The notes beneath the pieces are model-generated. The model did no database searches, was not told the origin of the DNA, and was given only the letters and a program-made list of their open reading frames with translations. A stretch of DNA of 64,000 bases from Candidatus Edwardsbacteria bacterium. Lineage in GTDB: Bacteria > Edwardsbacteria > AC1 > EtOH8. Every line of letters starts with the position of its first letter. Within the stretch, counting starts at the first letter, position 1. Position numbers and translations under genes: made by a program. Of the stretch, positions 8,692 through 17,825 are shown one piece after another. The stretch spans positions 1,599 to 65,598 of the forward strand of contig JAHJLF010000043.1 in the NCBI GenBank assembly GCA_018821925.1. The letters are read 5' to 3'.

Positions 8692-11025
8692 ATGGACAGA
8701 TATCCGGCCCTGAAAATTTTCATAATCTTGTTATTGGGGGTGCTGACCGCCTCGGCGTTCAGCATCCCTTTTATTTTTTCAGGACTGATAGCTGCGGCAT
8801 CGCTGCTGCTGGCCTGGGCAGGTTATCGGTTCAGAATTAAAATGGTTGCACCGGCCCTATATCTGGCCTTGATGGCGGCAGGTCTGGCCAGTTATCAAAT
8901 AAGGCACTCCACCATTTCTCCCCAATGGGATCACGGCAGCAGACAGATCCTATTGGTAAAGGCAGCCTCCGAGCCGCGCCGGACGGATAGGGGGTGGAGA
9001 TTTGTATCCCGGGCCATTGCCCGGCGCAGCGGTGATTCCTGGCAGCCAGCCGATCAGAAATTGATGACCTATATCGGCTTCCAAGGGGAAAGCCAGCCGG
9101 AATACGGGGATGTATTGACGGTGGAGGGGATCTGGCGTAAGGCCGCCGAGCGGCGCAACCCCGGAGGCTTCGATTACCGCCAGTATCTGGAACGCCAGGA
9201 GGTGTCGGGGATATTCACCGCCAACAGCCATAAGATCTTATCGCACTCCCGGGGTAATATCGTGATGTCCGGCCTGATCATCCCCTTGCGGAAGTACGTC
9301 AGAGGGACCATCGACCGCTATCTGGGGGGCGACCCGGGATCCCTGCTGGCCGGGCTGCTGCTGGGGGAGCGATACAACCTCTCCCGGTCAGTCCGGGAGG
9401 CATTCTCCGACACCGGGACCGCCCATGTGCTGGCGGTGTCCGGGCTTCATGCGGCGCTGATGGCTTTTATCGTTTTCATCATCCTGCGCCTATTGCAACT
9501 GCCCAAGCGGGCGGCCAGTCTGGGGACGGTGGCCGGGCTGGCGGTGTATACCTTGCTGGCCGGGGCCAGCCCGTCAATCGTCCGCTCCTCCATCATGGTG
9601 GGGGCGGTCCTGCTGGGCGGGCTGTTCGAACGGAGGGGAAACGGCCTGAACATGCTGGGGCTGGCTGGCCTGCTGATACTGGCCTTCTGGCCGGATGCGG
9701 CCTGTGACATCGGTTTCCAGCTGTCCTTTGCCGCTACCGCCGGGATATTGATATTGACCAGGCCCATCGAAACCCAGCTTTTCAGGGCCTCCAGATCGGC
9801 CCGGTTGAGAAAATGGATATTGACTCCGCTGGCAGTGTCCCTGGCCGCCCAGATATTTACCGCCCCGTTGTTGGCCTGGTATTTCCACCGCGTTCCATTG
9901 ATCTCACTGGTTGCCAACCTGGTGGTGGTGCCGCTTACCGGGCTGATCCTGGCCCTGGGCCTGGCGATGGTGCTTTTAAATCTTCTGGGCGGCTGGATTG
10001 CCTGGCCCATGGCCGCCAGCGCTTATATCTGTTCCCGGGCCATGCTGGACTCGGTAGCGTTCTTCAGCCAACTGAAATTAGGGACCATCAACTGGCCGAC
10101 CGTGACCTGGCCCCAGCTGGCATTGTATGCCGGGGTCTGCCTGCTGCCCTTTCTGTGGCGAAGGGCCGGGAAGGCACGCCTGGCGGTCACTTCCGTGATT
10201 CTGATGGCGGCCACCGTTCTGGTTTGGCAACAGGTTCTGGCCCGGCCGGCCGAACTGAGGATCACTTTTCTGGATGTGGGCCAGGGGGACTGCGCATTGG
10301 TGGAGATCCCCAATGGGAAAAAATACCTAATAGACGCCGGGCTGTATACGCCCTACCGGGACAGCGGCCGGGACGTTATCCTGCCTTTCTTGAGATCCCG
10401 AGGAATAACCAAGCTTGACGGGGTGGTTATCAGCCACAGCGACGCCGACCACTGCGGCGGGCTGTCATACCTGCTGGACCGTGTAAAGATCGGGAAGCTT
10501 ATCATCAGCGACCACCCCAGCGCTCAGCCGATGTTCAACCGTTCTTTGGAACAGGCCAAAGCGGGAAAAGTCGCGCTGGAGGCCGTCTCCGGCTACGACA
10601 CCCTGTGTGGGATCTGGCCGGCCCGGGGTTTTCTGTACTCCCGTGAGGACAGCATTGATAACGGCAATGAGTCATCCCTGATATTTTATCTCCAGTATGG
10701 CAAGGCCAGTTTTTTATTTTCCGGGGATATGGGGCCGGAGTTGGAGGGAATCCTGTTACAGAAGGGTTTGCTGGGTTCCTGCCGGGTGCTCAAAGTGCCC
10801 CACCACGGAGCCCGGCCCAATAATCCGGCGGAGCTGGCGGAGATCATCAAGCCGGAGATTGCCATCACCTCGGTTGGCGAGAACAATCGGTTCGGGCACC
10901 CCGCCCGGGAGGCGCTTGCTAACTATGAAAAATGCGGATCCAAAATATTCAGGACCGATCACCACGGGGCGGTCATCATTGAATCCGACGGAGAAAATAT
11001 CACCTATAAAAGCATCATAGAATAG
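8692..11025 (+). CDS. comEC: DNA internalisation/competence protein ComEC/Rec2 with C-terminal metallo-beta-lactamase domain
   Basis: 777 aa polytopic membrane protein. Competence-domain motifs ('GTAHVLAVSGLH'). C-terminal MBL fold ('ITFLDVGQGDCALVE...HSDADHCGG...VPHHG'). Confidence 0.85.
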   Translation: MDRYPALKIFIILLLGVLTASAFSIPFIFSGLIAAASLLLAWAGYRFRIKMVAPALYLALMAAGLASYQIRHSTISPQWDHGSRQILLVKAASEPRRTDRGWRFVSRAIARRSGDSWQPADQKLMTYIGFQGESQPEYGDVLTVEGIWRKAAERRNPGGFDYRQYLERQEVSGIFTANSHKILSHSRGNIVMSGLIIPLRKYVRGTIDRYLGGDPGSLLAGLLLGERYNLSRSVREAFSDTGTAHVLAVSGLHAALMAFIVFIILRLLQLPKRAASLGTVAGLAVYTLLAGASPSIVRSSIMVGAVLLGGLFERRGNGLNMLGLAGLLILAFWPDAACDIGFQLSFAATAGILILTRPIETQLFRASRSARLRKWILTPLAVSLAAQIFTAPLLAWYFHRVPLISLVANLVVVPLTGLILALGLAMVLLNLLGGWIAWPMAASAYICSRAMLDSVAFFSQLKLGTINWPTVTWPQLALYAGVCLLPFLWRRAGKARLAVTSVILMAATVLVWQQVLARPAELRITFLDVGQGDCALVEIPNGKKYLIDAGLYTPYRDSGRDVILPFLRSRGITKLDGVVISHSDADHCGGLSYLLDRVKIGKLIISDHPSAQPMFNRSLEQAKAGKVALEAVSGYDTLCGIWPARGFLYSREDSIDNGNESSLIFYLQYGKASFLFSGDMGPELEGILLQKGLLGSCRVLKVPHHGARPNNPAELAEIIKPEIAITSVGENNRFGHPAREALANYEKCGSKIFRTDHHGAVIIESDGENITYKSIIE

Positions 11026-11043
11026 AGAGGGTGAAATAGCTTA

Positions 11044-11125
11044 TTAAAATAATTGACAAGGCTCCATCAGTTATGTAAAATACTCAAATGAAGTTTTATT
11101 ACTACTCCAGGATTGGCGTTGGAAA
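11044..11125 (+). repeat. Left copy of an ~80 bp imperfect direct repeat flanking the AT-rich gene cassette
   Basis: ~80% identical to 11821-11902. Shared core 'CAGTTATGTAAAATAC'. Confidence 0.55.
11053..11081 (+). promoter_or_regulatory. Near-consensus sigma70-type promoter (TTGACA-17 nt-TAAAAT) upstream of the AT-rich cassette gene
   Basis: TTGACA at 11053-11058, 17-nt spacer, TAAAAT at 11076-11081. Lies within the first copy of an ~80 bp direct repeat. Confidence 0.5.
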
Positions 11126-11297
11126 TATCATTACGATGGCAAACCATTTGGTGCAAGGGGTTGCGCTGGAATGCAAGGCTATACAAATAGTTGGAATCTT
11201 TGCCATGGATTAATTAGAATAGGATCAAATATTCCTTTATTTGTCAGACCTTTTATTTTCCCTAACAATAATAAATAAAAGAAGAGGTGTCTTCGAA

Positions 11298-11786
11298 ATG
11301 AGAAAACATTTTCAAATTATTTGTATGTTGTTTATTTGCTGTTACTTTTATTCAACCGCAAATGCTAATATGATTAAAGAATTAAAAGATATTACACAAT
11401 TTATTTATGTAATTCAAAATATTGCAATGCATGATAGCGCCTGTACAATAAAGAATTTAAATTATTTGTTTGGACCACATAACGAATATGAAATAGATGC
11501 ATTGGATGATAGTTTAAATGTTAAAGAGATAAATAAAAGAATATCGAATCCAAAATGCAAATCGGTATATCTTTTGAATTTTAAAAAACATTATTGGAAT
11601 ATAATCAATCCGAGTGAGTTAGTATGGACCAAAATGGAGCGAGAAGTCGGTTCTGTTGTTTTCTATACAATAACGTTTATTAACCAAAAAAGGCAGACTG
11701 TTAAATATGTTATTGGTAAAGAACCTGTCGATGGTTATTATGTTCTAAGTCACCTATCATTAAATGATAAGGAATTATTAGAATGA
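11298..11786 (+). CDS. Hypothetical secreted or membrane-anchored protein in an AT-rich cassette
   Basis: ORF in a ~30% GC segment. Start chosen at ATG 11298 (MRKHFQIICMLFICCYFYSTANA, signal-peptide-like) with an upstream GAGG. The ORF track extends it to 11241. No family recognised. Confidence 0.4.
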   Translation: MRKHFQIICMLFICCYFYSTANANMIKELKDITQFIYVIQNIAMHDSACTIKNLNYLFGPHNEYEIDALDDSLNVKEINKRISNPKCKSVYLLNFKKHYWNIINPSELVWTKMEREVGSVVFYTITFINQKRQTVKYVIGKEPVDGYYVLSHLSLNDKELLE

Positions 11787-11820
11787 GCAGTATAACAATG
11801 CAACATCCAGGCGGGTGCTT

Positions 11821-11902
11821 TAAAACAATCGACAAAGATTTGACAGTTATGTAAAATACACAAACGAAGTATTATTAGTAAACCACAGGAACCAACGCGG
11901 CA
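11821..11902 (+). repeat. Right copy of the ~80 bp imperfect direct repeat flanking the AT-rich gene cassette
   Basis: Aligns with 11044-11125 (TTAAAAYAATYGACAA...CAGTTATGTAAAATACWCAAAYGAAGTWTTATTA...). Confidence 0.55.
11829..11857 (+). promoter_or_regulatory. Sigma70-type promoter (TCGACA-17 nt-TAAAAT), second copy of the repeated promoter module, upstream of deoC
   Basis: Homologous position in the second ~80 bp repeat. -35 has one mismatch. Confidence 0.4.
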
Positions 11903-12108
11903 TTGCCCTACATAGCGTTATACGCTTGGGGTTTATTATTTTCCATTATTTTGCAAAGACCGCTTGACATAATAGGGACATATATTGTATACCGCTATTG
12001 CATAAATAATTATTAAATTATTCGTGAAGCATAGCAACCCACACACAATTGATTACACAGTGATGAAGAATAGGTGCATGACCCATTAAAAAAACAGAGA
12101 GGGTAATA

Positions 12109-12885
12109 ATGGAAACTTTGATTGAACAGATCAAACAGAAACTGAAGAACTCCGGGGTCCCCGCCGATTGCGAAAGGCCCCTCTCCGGTGTCTGGAAATC
12201 TGTCAAGGACGAGATCGCCGGGGCACAGAAGGTAACGGACTCCAAAGAACTGGCCGCCCATATTGACCATACATTGCTCAAACCGGAGGCCGACAGACAG
12301 GGCATCATAGACCTATGCCGCCAGGCGGCCGAAAACGAATTCTGCTCGGTGTGTATCAATCCATATTGGCTGCCGCTGGCCAAAGAAAATCTCAGGGGCA
12401 GCGCCGTAAAATTATGCACGGTGTGCGGCTTTCCGTTGGGGGCGGACGATCCGGCACTGAAGTCGGACGAGGCCCGAAAATCCGTTGAGCAGGGGGCCGA
12501 CGAGGTGGACATGGTGATCAATATCGGTGCGTTGCGTTCCGGTCTTTACCGTGAAGTCTTCGACGACATCGCCGGGGTGGTGAAAGCGGCCGGGGGCAAA
12601 ACAGTGAAAGTGATCATCGAGACCTGCCTGCTGACCCAGGAGCAGAAGATAGAGGCCTGCCTGATCGCCCGGGGGGCCGGGGCGCATTTTGTGAAGACCT
12701 CCACCGGGTTCTCTTCCGGTGGGGCCACGATCGAGGATATAACATTGATGCGGCAAACGGTGGGACCGGATCTGGGGGTAAAGGCCTCCGGCGGGGTGAA
12801 GACCGCCGAGGATGCTATGGCCATGATAAAAGCCGGGGCCAACCGGATCGGGACATCATCAGGAGTGAAAATTATTGGTAAATAG
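12109..12885 (+). CDS. deoC: Deoxyribose-phosphate aldolase
   Basis: 258 aa. 'IDHTLLKPEA', 'CVNPYW', 'KLCTVCGFPLGA', 'VKASGGV' (Schiff-base Lys region) typical of DeoC. AGAGAGGG RBS. Confidence 0.85.
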   Translation: METLIEQIKQKLKNSGVPADCERPLSGVWKSVKDEIAGAQKVTDSKELAAHIDHTLLKPEADRQGIIDLCRQAAENEFCSVCINPYWLPLAKENLRGSAVKLCTVCGFPLGADDPALKSDEARKSVEQGADEVDMVINIGALRSGLYREVFDDIAGVVKAAGGKTVKVIIETCLLTQEQKIEACLIARGAGAHFVKTSTGFSSGGATIEDITLMRQTVGPDLGVKASGGVKTAEDAMAMIKAGANRIGTSSGVKIIGK

Positions 12886-12901
12886 GGAAATCCATATATT
12901 T

Positions 12902-12929
12902 AAAAGGCGGGCAACCCCGCCTTTTTTTA
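12902..12929 (+). terminator. Rho-independent terminator after deoC
   Basis: GGCGGG-CAAC-CCCGCC hairpin followed by T7. Confidence 0.75.
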
Positions 12930-13046
12930 TTTTCACCTGAAATTATATGTGCTATCATCTTCAATTTACAAGACTTACCTGCTATCCAACAAAAATCATA
13001 TAAACATTGACACTTATTCGTAACTTGTGCTAAAATAACAAATTAC

Positions 13047-13694
13047 ATGATATACGGGAAAAAGTTATTAAAAATATATAAAATTCTTTTAAAAGAATAC
13101 GGACCGCAAGATTGGTGGCCGGCCGACAGCCCTTTTGAGGTAATGATCGGCGCGGTGCTGACCCAGAACACCAATTGGATCAATGTCTCCCGGGCGATAG
13201 AGAATTTGAAGAAGAAGGATCTGATCTGCCCGCATAAGATCGCTGGCATCTCTAAGCGAAAACTGATCTCGGCCATCAGGCCGTCCGGCTTTTACAACCA
13301 GAAAGCCGCGTATTTAAAGGGTCTCAGCCAATATGTCCTGCAGAGATTTTCCGGCGATTTAAGAAAAATGTCTCGGGTCGAGACCAGCGTTCTGAGAGAT
13401 GAATTGCTGGCAATCAAGGGCCTGGGTCCGGAGACGGTTGATTCAATTCTTTTATATGCTTTGAACAAACCCGTCTTCGTGATAGACGCCTATACCCGGC
13501 GGATCTTCGGCCGTCACGGGATCAAAATAAAAGAATCTGATTATTCATCCTGGCAAATATTTTTCGAATCGCATCTGCCGAGTGATCGGAAATTATTCAA
13601 CGAATATCATGCCCTGATAGTAAGGCTGGCCAAGGAGAAATGCCGCAAGAGACCTGATTGCCAAGGCTGTCCGCTGGAGGGTGTCTCCTTTTAA
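13047..13694 (+). CDS. Endonuclease III-related HhH-GPD family protein
   Basis: 215 aa. 'VLTQNTNW', helix-hairpin-helix 'LLAIKGLGPETVDSILLYAL'. Resembles COG2231-type EndoIII-like proteins. Confidence 0.55.
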   Translation: MIYGKKLLKIYKILLKEYGPQDWWPADSPFEVMIGAVLTQNTNWINVSRAIENLKKKDLICPHKIAGISKRKLISAIRPSGFYNQKAAYLKGLSQYVLQRFSGDLRKMSRVETSVLRDELLAIKGLGPETVDSILLYALNKPVFVIDAYTRRIFGRHGIKIKESDYSSWQIFFESHLPSDRKLFNEYHALIVRLAKEKCRKRPDCQGCPLEGVSF

Positions 13695-13756
13695 ACTAAT
13701 ATGTTTTATCAGAGACACGTCATTGCGATTATTACTACGGCGATTAAATACAGTGA

Positions 13757-13966
13757 TTCGTCATTCCTGCACTTCATTGCATTCAGCATAAACTCCGGCA
13801 GGAATCCAGGCCTGGATGCCATTCGGAATTTATCCCGCACTTGATGCGGGAAGGGCTTGACAATATGGATTATTGATCTATTTAAACGCCGAGGTAATAT
13901 AACCTTATTTTTGGCAGATGAAGCAATCTGGGATATCCTTGGATTCCTGCCTTCGCAGGAATGACC
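13757..13966. repeat. Cluster of REP/MITE-like hairpin repeats (ATTCCYGC...GCRGGAAT family) in the nth-like/ABC intergenic region
   Basis: Copy at 13760-13810 (GTCATTCCTGC...GGCAGGAATCCAGG). Inverted inner module TTATCCCGCACTTGATGCGGG at 13829-13850. Compact hairpin copy GGATTCCTGC-CTTC-GCAGGAATGACC at 13941-13966. Related copy at 25813-25863. Confidence 0.6.
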
Positions 13967-13986
13967 ATTAAAATAAATCTATATTT

Positions 13987-15006
13987 TTGCGATCAATGCC
14001 CATAATCGAAGTAAATGAACTGGTAAAGAATTTCCGGACCTTCCGCCGCCGGAGCGGGCTGTGGGGCTCCTTCAAGGACCTGGTCAACCGCAAGTACCAT
14101 ATTGTCCGGGCGGTGGACCGCATCAGCTTTTCCATCGAGCCGGGCGAAGTGGTGGGATACATCGGGGCCAACGGGGCCGGAAAATCCACCACCATCAAGA
14201 TGCTGACCGGGATCCTGGTGCCCACCTCGGGCAGCATCAGCGTTCAGGGGCTGGTGCCGTACAAGCAGAGATACCAGCATGTAAAAAAAATCGGGGTGGT
14301 GTTCGGCCAGCGCACTCAATTATGGTGGGACATCGCGGTGATCGAGGCCCTGCGCCTGTTGCAGAAGATATACGAGATACCCAAAGCGGATTTCGAGTTG
14401 CGGCTGAAGAAATTCGAGGAGGTGCTGGGGATCGCGGATCTGCTGAACATCCCGGTCCGCAAACTTTCCCTGGGCCAGCGGATGCGCTGCGACCTGGCGG
14501 CCTCCCTGCTGCACAACCCCCCGGTGCTGTTTCTGGACGAGCCCACCATCGGGCTGGATATCGCGGTCAAATCCAGCATCCGGGATTTCATCAAGGAGAT
14601 CAACCGGGAATACAACACCACCGTGATCCTGACCACTCACGACCTGAGCGATATCGAGCATCTCTGCCGCCGGGTGATCATGATCGACAGCGGCCACCTG
14701 ATATACGACGGGGATCTCAAATCACTCAAGGACCGGGCAGTGGGCCGCCGCCGGCTGCTGGTGGATTTTATACTGCCCATAGAACGTCCTGGCTTAGAGA
14801 AGGTGTTGGCGGGATATCCGGTGGAGATGGAGAGCGATAATCCGTTCCACTGGGAGTTCATCTTCGACCGTAAAAAAGTCAACGCTCCGGAGATAATCGG
14901 CCAGCTGCTGTCCCGGCTTGAAGTAAGGGATCTGGAACTGGAGAACCCCAAGATCGAAGATGTGGTCCGGGAAATATACCGCCAGAGACAGCGGGTAAAA
15001 ACGTGA
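13987..15006 (+). CDS. ABC transporter ATP-binding protein (ABC-2 exporter type)
   Basis: Walker A 'GANGAGKSTT', signature 'LSLGQRMR', Walker B 'VLFLDEPTIGLD', C-terminal extension typical of ABC-2 ATPases. Confidence 0.8.
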   Translation: MRSMPIIEVNELVKNFRTFRRRSGLWGSFKDLVNRKYHIVRAVDRISFSIEPGEVVGYIGANGAGKSTTIKMLTGILVPTSGSISVQGLVPYKQRYQHVKKIGVVFGQRTQLWWDIAVIEALRLLQKIYEIPKADFELRLKKFEEVLGIADLLNIPVRKLSLGQRMRCDLAASLLHNPPVLFLDEPTIGLDIAVKSSIRDFIKEINREYNTTVILTTHDLSDIEHLCRRVIMIDSGHLIYDGDLKSLKDRAVGRRRLLVDFILPIERPGLEKVLAGYPVEMESDNPFHWEFIFDRKKVNAPEIIGQLLSRLEVRDLELENPKIEDVVREIYRQRQRVKT

Positions 15007-15803
15007 GCCGACTGGCCAAATACTGGGCATTCATGCGGATGGGCTATCTGACTTACCTGGCCTACCGCTTTCAGGTGCTGATGAACTTCGTCTCCTACCT
15101 GCTGATCATCGCCCTGAACTATTTTTTATGGAAGGCGGTTTTCGCCAAGCACCAGGTGATAGCCGGCTTCACCATGGAGCAGATGATGACCTACGTGGTG
15201 ATCGGCTGGTCGGCCCGGACCTTTTTCGCCAACCGGATAGACCGGATGATCGGCGATGCGGTGCGTGACGGCTCCATTGCCATGGACCTGTTGAAGCCCA
15301 CCAATTTCCAGCTGTACCACTATTTCCGGGCTTTCGGAAGGGCGGCGTTCATGTTTCTGTTTATGACCCTGCCCATCATTATCGTGGCCTCGGTGATCTT
15401 CCCGGTCAGCCTGCCCAGCGGGAAGCTGGGGCCGTACCTTTTCCCCCTGAGTGTGATCCTGAGCTTCTTCCTGCATGCCGGTATCAGCTATCTGACCGGG
15501 CTGGTGGCTTTCTTCACCCGGAACAACGAAGGGGTGCTGCGCTTCAAACAGCTGCTGGTGGAGGTCTTCTCCGGGGTGATGATCCCGATCACTTTCTTCC
15601 CCGACTGGGTGCAGAATGTTTTGTTCTGGCTGCCATTCAAATACATTGCTTATGCCCCGCTGCGTATCTACCTGGGAATGGAGCCGCTGTCCAAGGTCCA
15701 CCAGGGGGTGCTGCTGCAGATAATGTGGATTGTGATAATCTACCTGACCGGGCAGATCGTCTGGCATTACGCCATCAAGCGGCTGGAGATCCAGGGGGGC
15801 TAA
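15003..15803 (+). CDS. ABC-2 family transporter permease
   Basis: 266 aa, six predicted TM segments. 4-nt overlap with the upstream ATPase gene. Confidence 0.6.
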   Translation: MSRLAKYWAFMRMGYLTYLAYRFQVLMNFVSYLLIIALNYFLWKAVFAKHQVIAGFTMEQMMTYVVIGWSARTFFANRIDRMIGDAVRDGSIAMDLLKPTNFQLYHYFRAFGRAAFMFLFMTLPIIIVASVIFPVSLPSGKLGPYLFPLSVILSFFLHAGISYLTGLVAFFTRNNEGVLRFKQLLVEVFSGVMIPITFFPDWVQNVLFWLPFKYIAYAPLRIYLGMEPLSKVHQGVLLQIMWIVIIYLTGQIVWHYAIKRLEIQGG

Positions 15804-16657
15804 AATATAAAATCAAAGACCAAAAATTAAAAAGCAGAAATAAAAAAACGGGTCATATCAAACGTTTCATCTTTTACATAAACCTGCTGCGGGCCTATCT
15901 GTCGAACTCCATCAAGTCCCGCCTGGCCTACCGGGAGGATTTCCTGTCCGGTTTCATCGCCGGGGCCATGATGCAGTTGATAGGGGTGCTGTTCATCGTT
16001 TCGCTTTTCGTCAAGGTTCCCAGCCTTAAGGGCTGGCGCAAGGAGGAGATCTTCTTCATCTTCGGCTTCTCCCAGGTCAGCCTGGGGCTGTTCTTCACCT
16101 TTTTCTCCAACCTGCTGGAACTGAGCGAAAAATACATTATCGAGGGGCACTTCGACCGGATACTGCTGCGGCCATTGAACAGTTTTTTTCAAGTGGTCAC
16201 CGAGCGCATCTACTGGGAGGAGAGTTCCACCATCCTGGTGGGCCTGTCGATGATGTCCTACTCCCTTTCCCGGATGCAACTGAACCTGGGGCTGGGCGAC
16301 TACCTGGTCACCTTCGGCCTAGTGCTGGCGGCCTGCACCATCTACCTGGCGATCTTCACCATTCTGGTCAGCCTGACCTTCTGGTTCAACGACCGGGGAA
16401 GCGTGGTCTCGGTGATGCTGATGCTGGAGGGATTCTCCCGCTATCCGGTGACAATCTTCAACCGGGCGGTGCGGGTGATCCTGACCTTTATAATACCGTA
16501 CGCCTTTACCGCCTTTTTCCCCTCGATGTATGTGCTGGGGAAAGACAAATATTCGATATACGTCTGGATGACCCCGGTGGTGGCCCTGGTCTTCTTAAGC
16601 CTGGCCCTGCTGATCTGGCGCCAGGGCACCCGAGCCTACGAGAGCACCGGGAGCTGA
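15725..16657 (+). CDS. ABC-2 family transporter permease (second subunit)
   Basis: Polytopic membrane protein. 'LLRAYLSNSIKSRLAYREDFLSGF' is a typical ABC-2 permease N-terminus. The listed ATG overlaps the previous gene by 78 nt, so the true start is probably downstream with a non-ATG codon near 15850. Confidence 0.55.
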   Translation: MDCDNLPDRADRLALRHQAAGDPGGLKYKIKDQKLKSRNKKTGHIKRFIFYINLLRAYLSNSIKSRLAYREDFLSGFIAGAMMQLIGVLFIVSLFVKVPSLKGWRKEEIFFIFGFSQVSLGLFFTFFSNLLELSEKYIIEGHFDRILLRPLNSFFQVVTERIYWEESSTILVGLSMMSYSLSRMQLNLGLGDYLVTFGLVLAACTIYLAIFTILVSLTFWFNDRGSVVSVMLMLEGFSRYPVTIFNRAVRVILTFIIPYAFTAFFPSMYVLGKDKYSIYVWMTPVVALVFLSLALLIWRQGTRAYESTGS

Positions 16658-16753
16658 GGGCCGAGGGCCTGACAATAATTTTAGCCTCCGCTCTGCCTGC
16701 TTTTCTACGTTGTAACTTTAATACTGTAAAATACCATCCAACTTGGAGGAACA

Positions 16754-17806
16754 ATGATAAAGCTTCCTAATCTGCGGGATCTTTTTTCCAGCATCATCTC
16801 CCATGACATGGCAGTGGACCTGGGGACCGCCAGCACCCTGGTCTATGTCGAGGGCAAGGGGATAGTCCTGAACCAGCCTTCGGTGGTGGCCATCGAGAAG
16901 AAGACCGGCATGGCCATCGCGGTGGGCGACGAGGCCAAGAAGATGCTGGGAAGGACCCCCGACGAGATAAAGGCCATCCGGCCCATGAAGGACGGGGTGA
17001 TCGCCGATTTCGAGATCTGCGAGGAGATGCTGAGGGCCTTCATCAAGACGGCCCAGAAGCGGCGCTCCATAGTCAAACCGCGAATTATAGTCTGCGTGCC
17101 TTCGGGCATCACCGAGGTGGAGAAACGGGCGGTGCGCGACTCGGCCGAACACGCCGGGGCCCGGGAGGTCTACCTGGTGGCCGAGCCCATCGCGGCGGCC
17201 ATAGGAGTGGGGCTGCCGGTCAGCTCGCCCATCGGCAGCATGGTGATAGACATCGGCGGCGGCACCACCGAGATCGCGGTGATCGCCCTCTCCGGCATCG
17301 TCAGCAACACCTCCATCCGCACCGCCGGCGACGAGATGGACGAGGCCATCGTGGAATACCTGCGCAAGAGCTACAGCGTCCTGATCGGCGAGCAGACCGC
17401 CGAGGACATCAAGATAAAGATCGGCTCGGCCTTCCCGGTGGAGGAGAGCCGGGAGATGGAGGTCAAGGGCCGGGACCTGGTGTCCGGCATCCCCCGGGCG
17501 GTCAAGGTCCGCAGCGAGGAGATCCGCGAGGCCCTGCGGGAGCCGATCAACCTGATAGTGCTGGCGGTGAAGAAGGCCCTGGAGCAGACCCCGCCGGAGC
17601 TGGCGGCCGATATTGTGGACGCCGGGATCGTGATGACCGGGGGCGGCTCGCTGCTACGGGGGCTGGACGCCCTGCTGCGCGAGGAGACAAATTTGCCCAT
17701 CAAGGTGGCCGATAATCCCCGGGAGTGCATCGTGCTGGGGGCCGGCCGGATACTGGAGAGCCGGGATAACTTCGACAAGGTGCTGATGCAGAGCCGCCGA
17801 GAATGA
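16754..17806 (+). CDS. mreB: Rod shape-determining protein MreB
   Basis: 350 aa actin-like ATPase. 'DLGTASTLVYVEGKGIVLNQPSVVA', 'DIGGGTTEIAVI'. GGAGG RBS. Confidence 0.9.
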   Translation: MIKLPNLRDLFSSIISHDMAVDLGTASTLVYVEGKGIVLNQPSVVAIEKKTGMAIAVGDEAKKMLGRTPDEIKAIRPMKDGVIADFEICEEMLRAFIKTAQKRRSIVKPRIIVCVPSGITEVEKRAVRDSAEHAGAREVYLVAEPIAAAIGVGLPVSSPIGSMVIDIGGGTTEIAVIALSGIVSNTSIRTAGDEMDEAIVEYLRKSYSVLIGEQTAEDIKIKIGSAFPVEESREMEVKGRDLVSGIPRAVKVRSEEIREALREPINLIVLAVKKALEQTPPELAADIVDAGIVMTGGGSLLRGLDALLREETNLPIKVADNPRECIVLGAGRILESRDNFDKVLMQSRRE

Positions 17807-17825
17807 TTTGGGATAACCGATACTG

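Noticed and set aside
15725-15857. ATG start of the second ABC-2 permease overlapping the first permease by 78 nt.
   Set aside because: The overlap region translates to a charged, non-membrane sequence and lacks an RBS. The conserved permease N-terminus begins near 15855, so the true start is probably a non-ATG codon downstream. Coordinates kept as the maximal ORF only.
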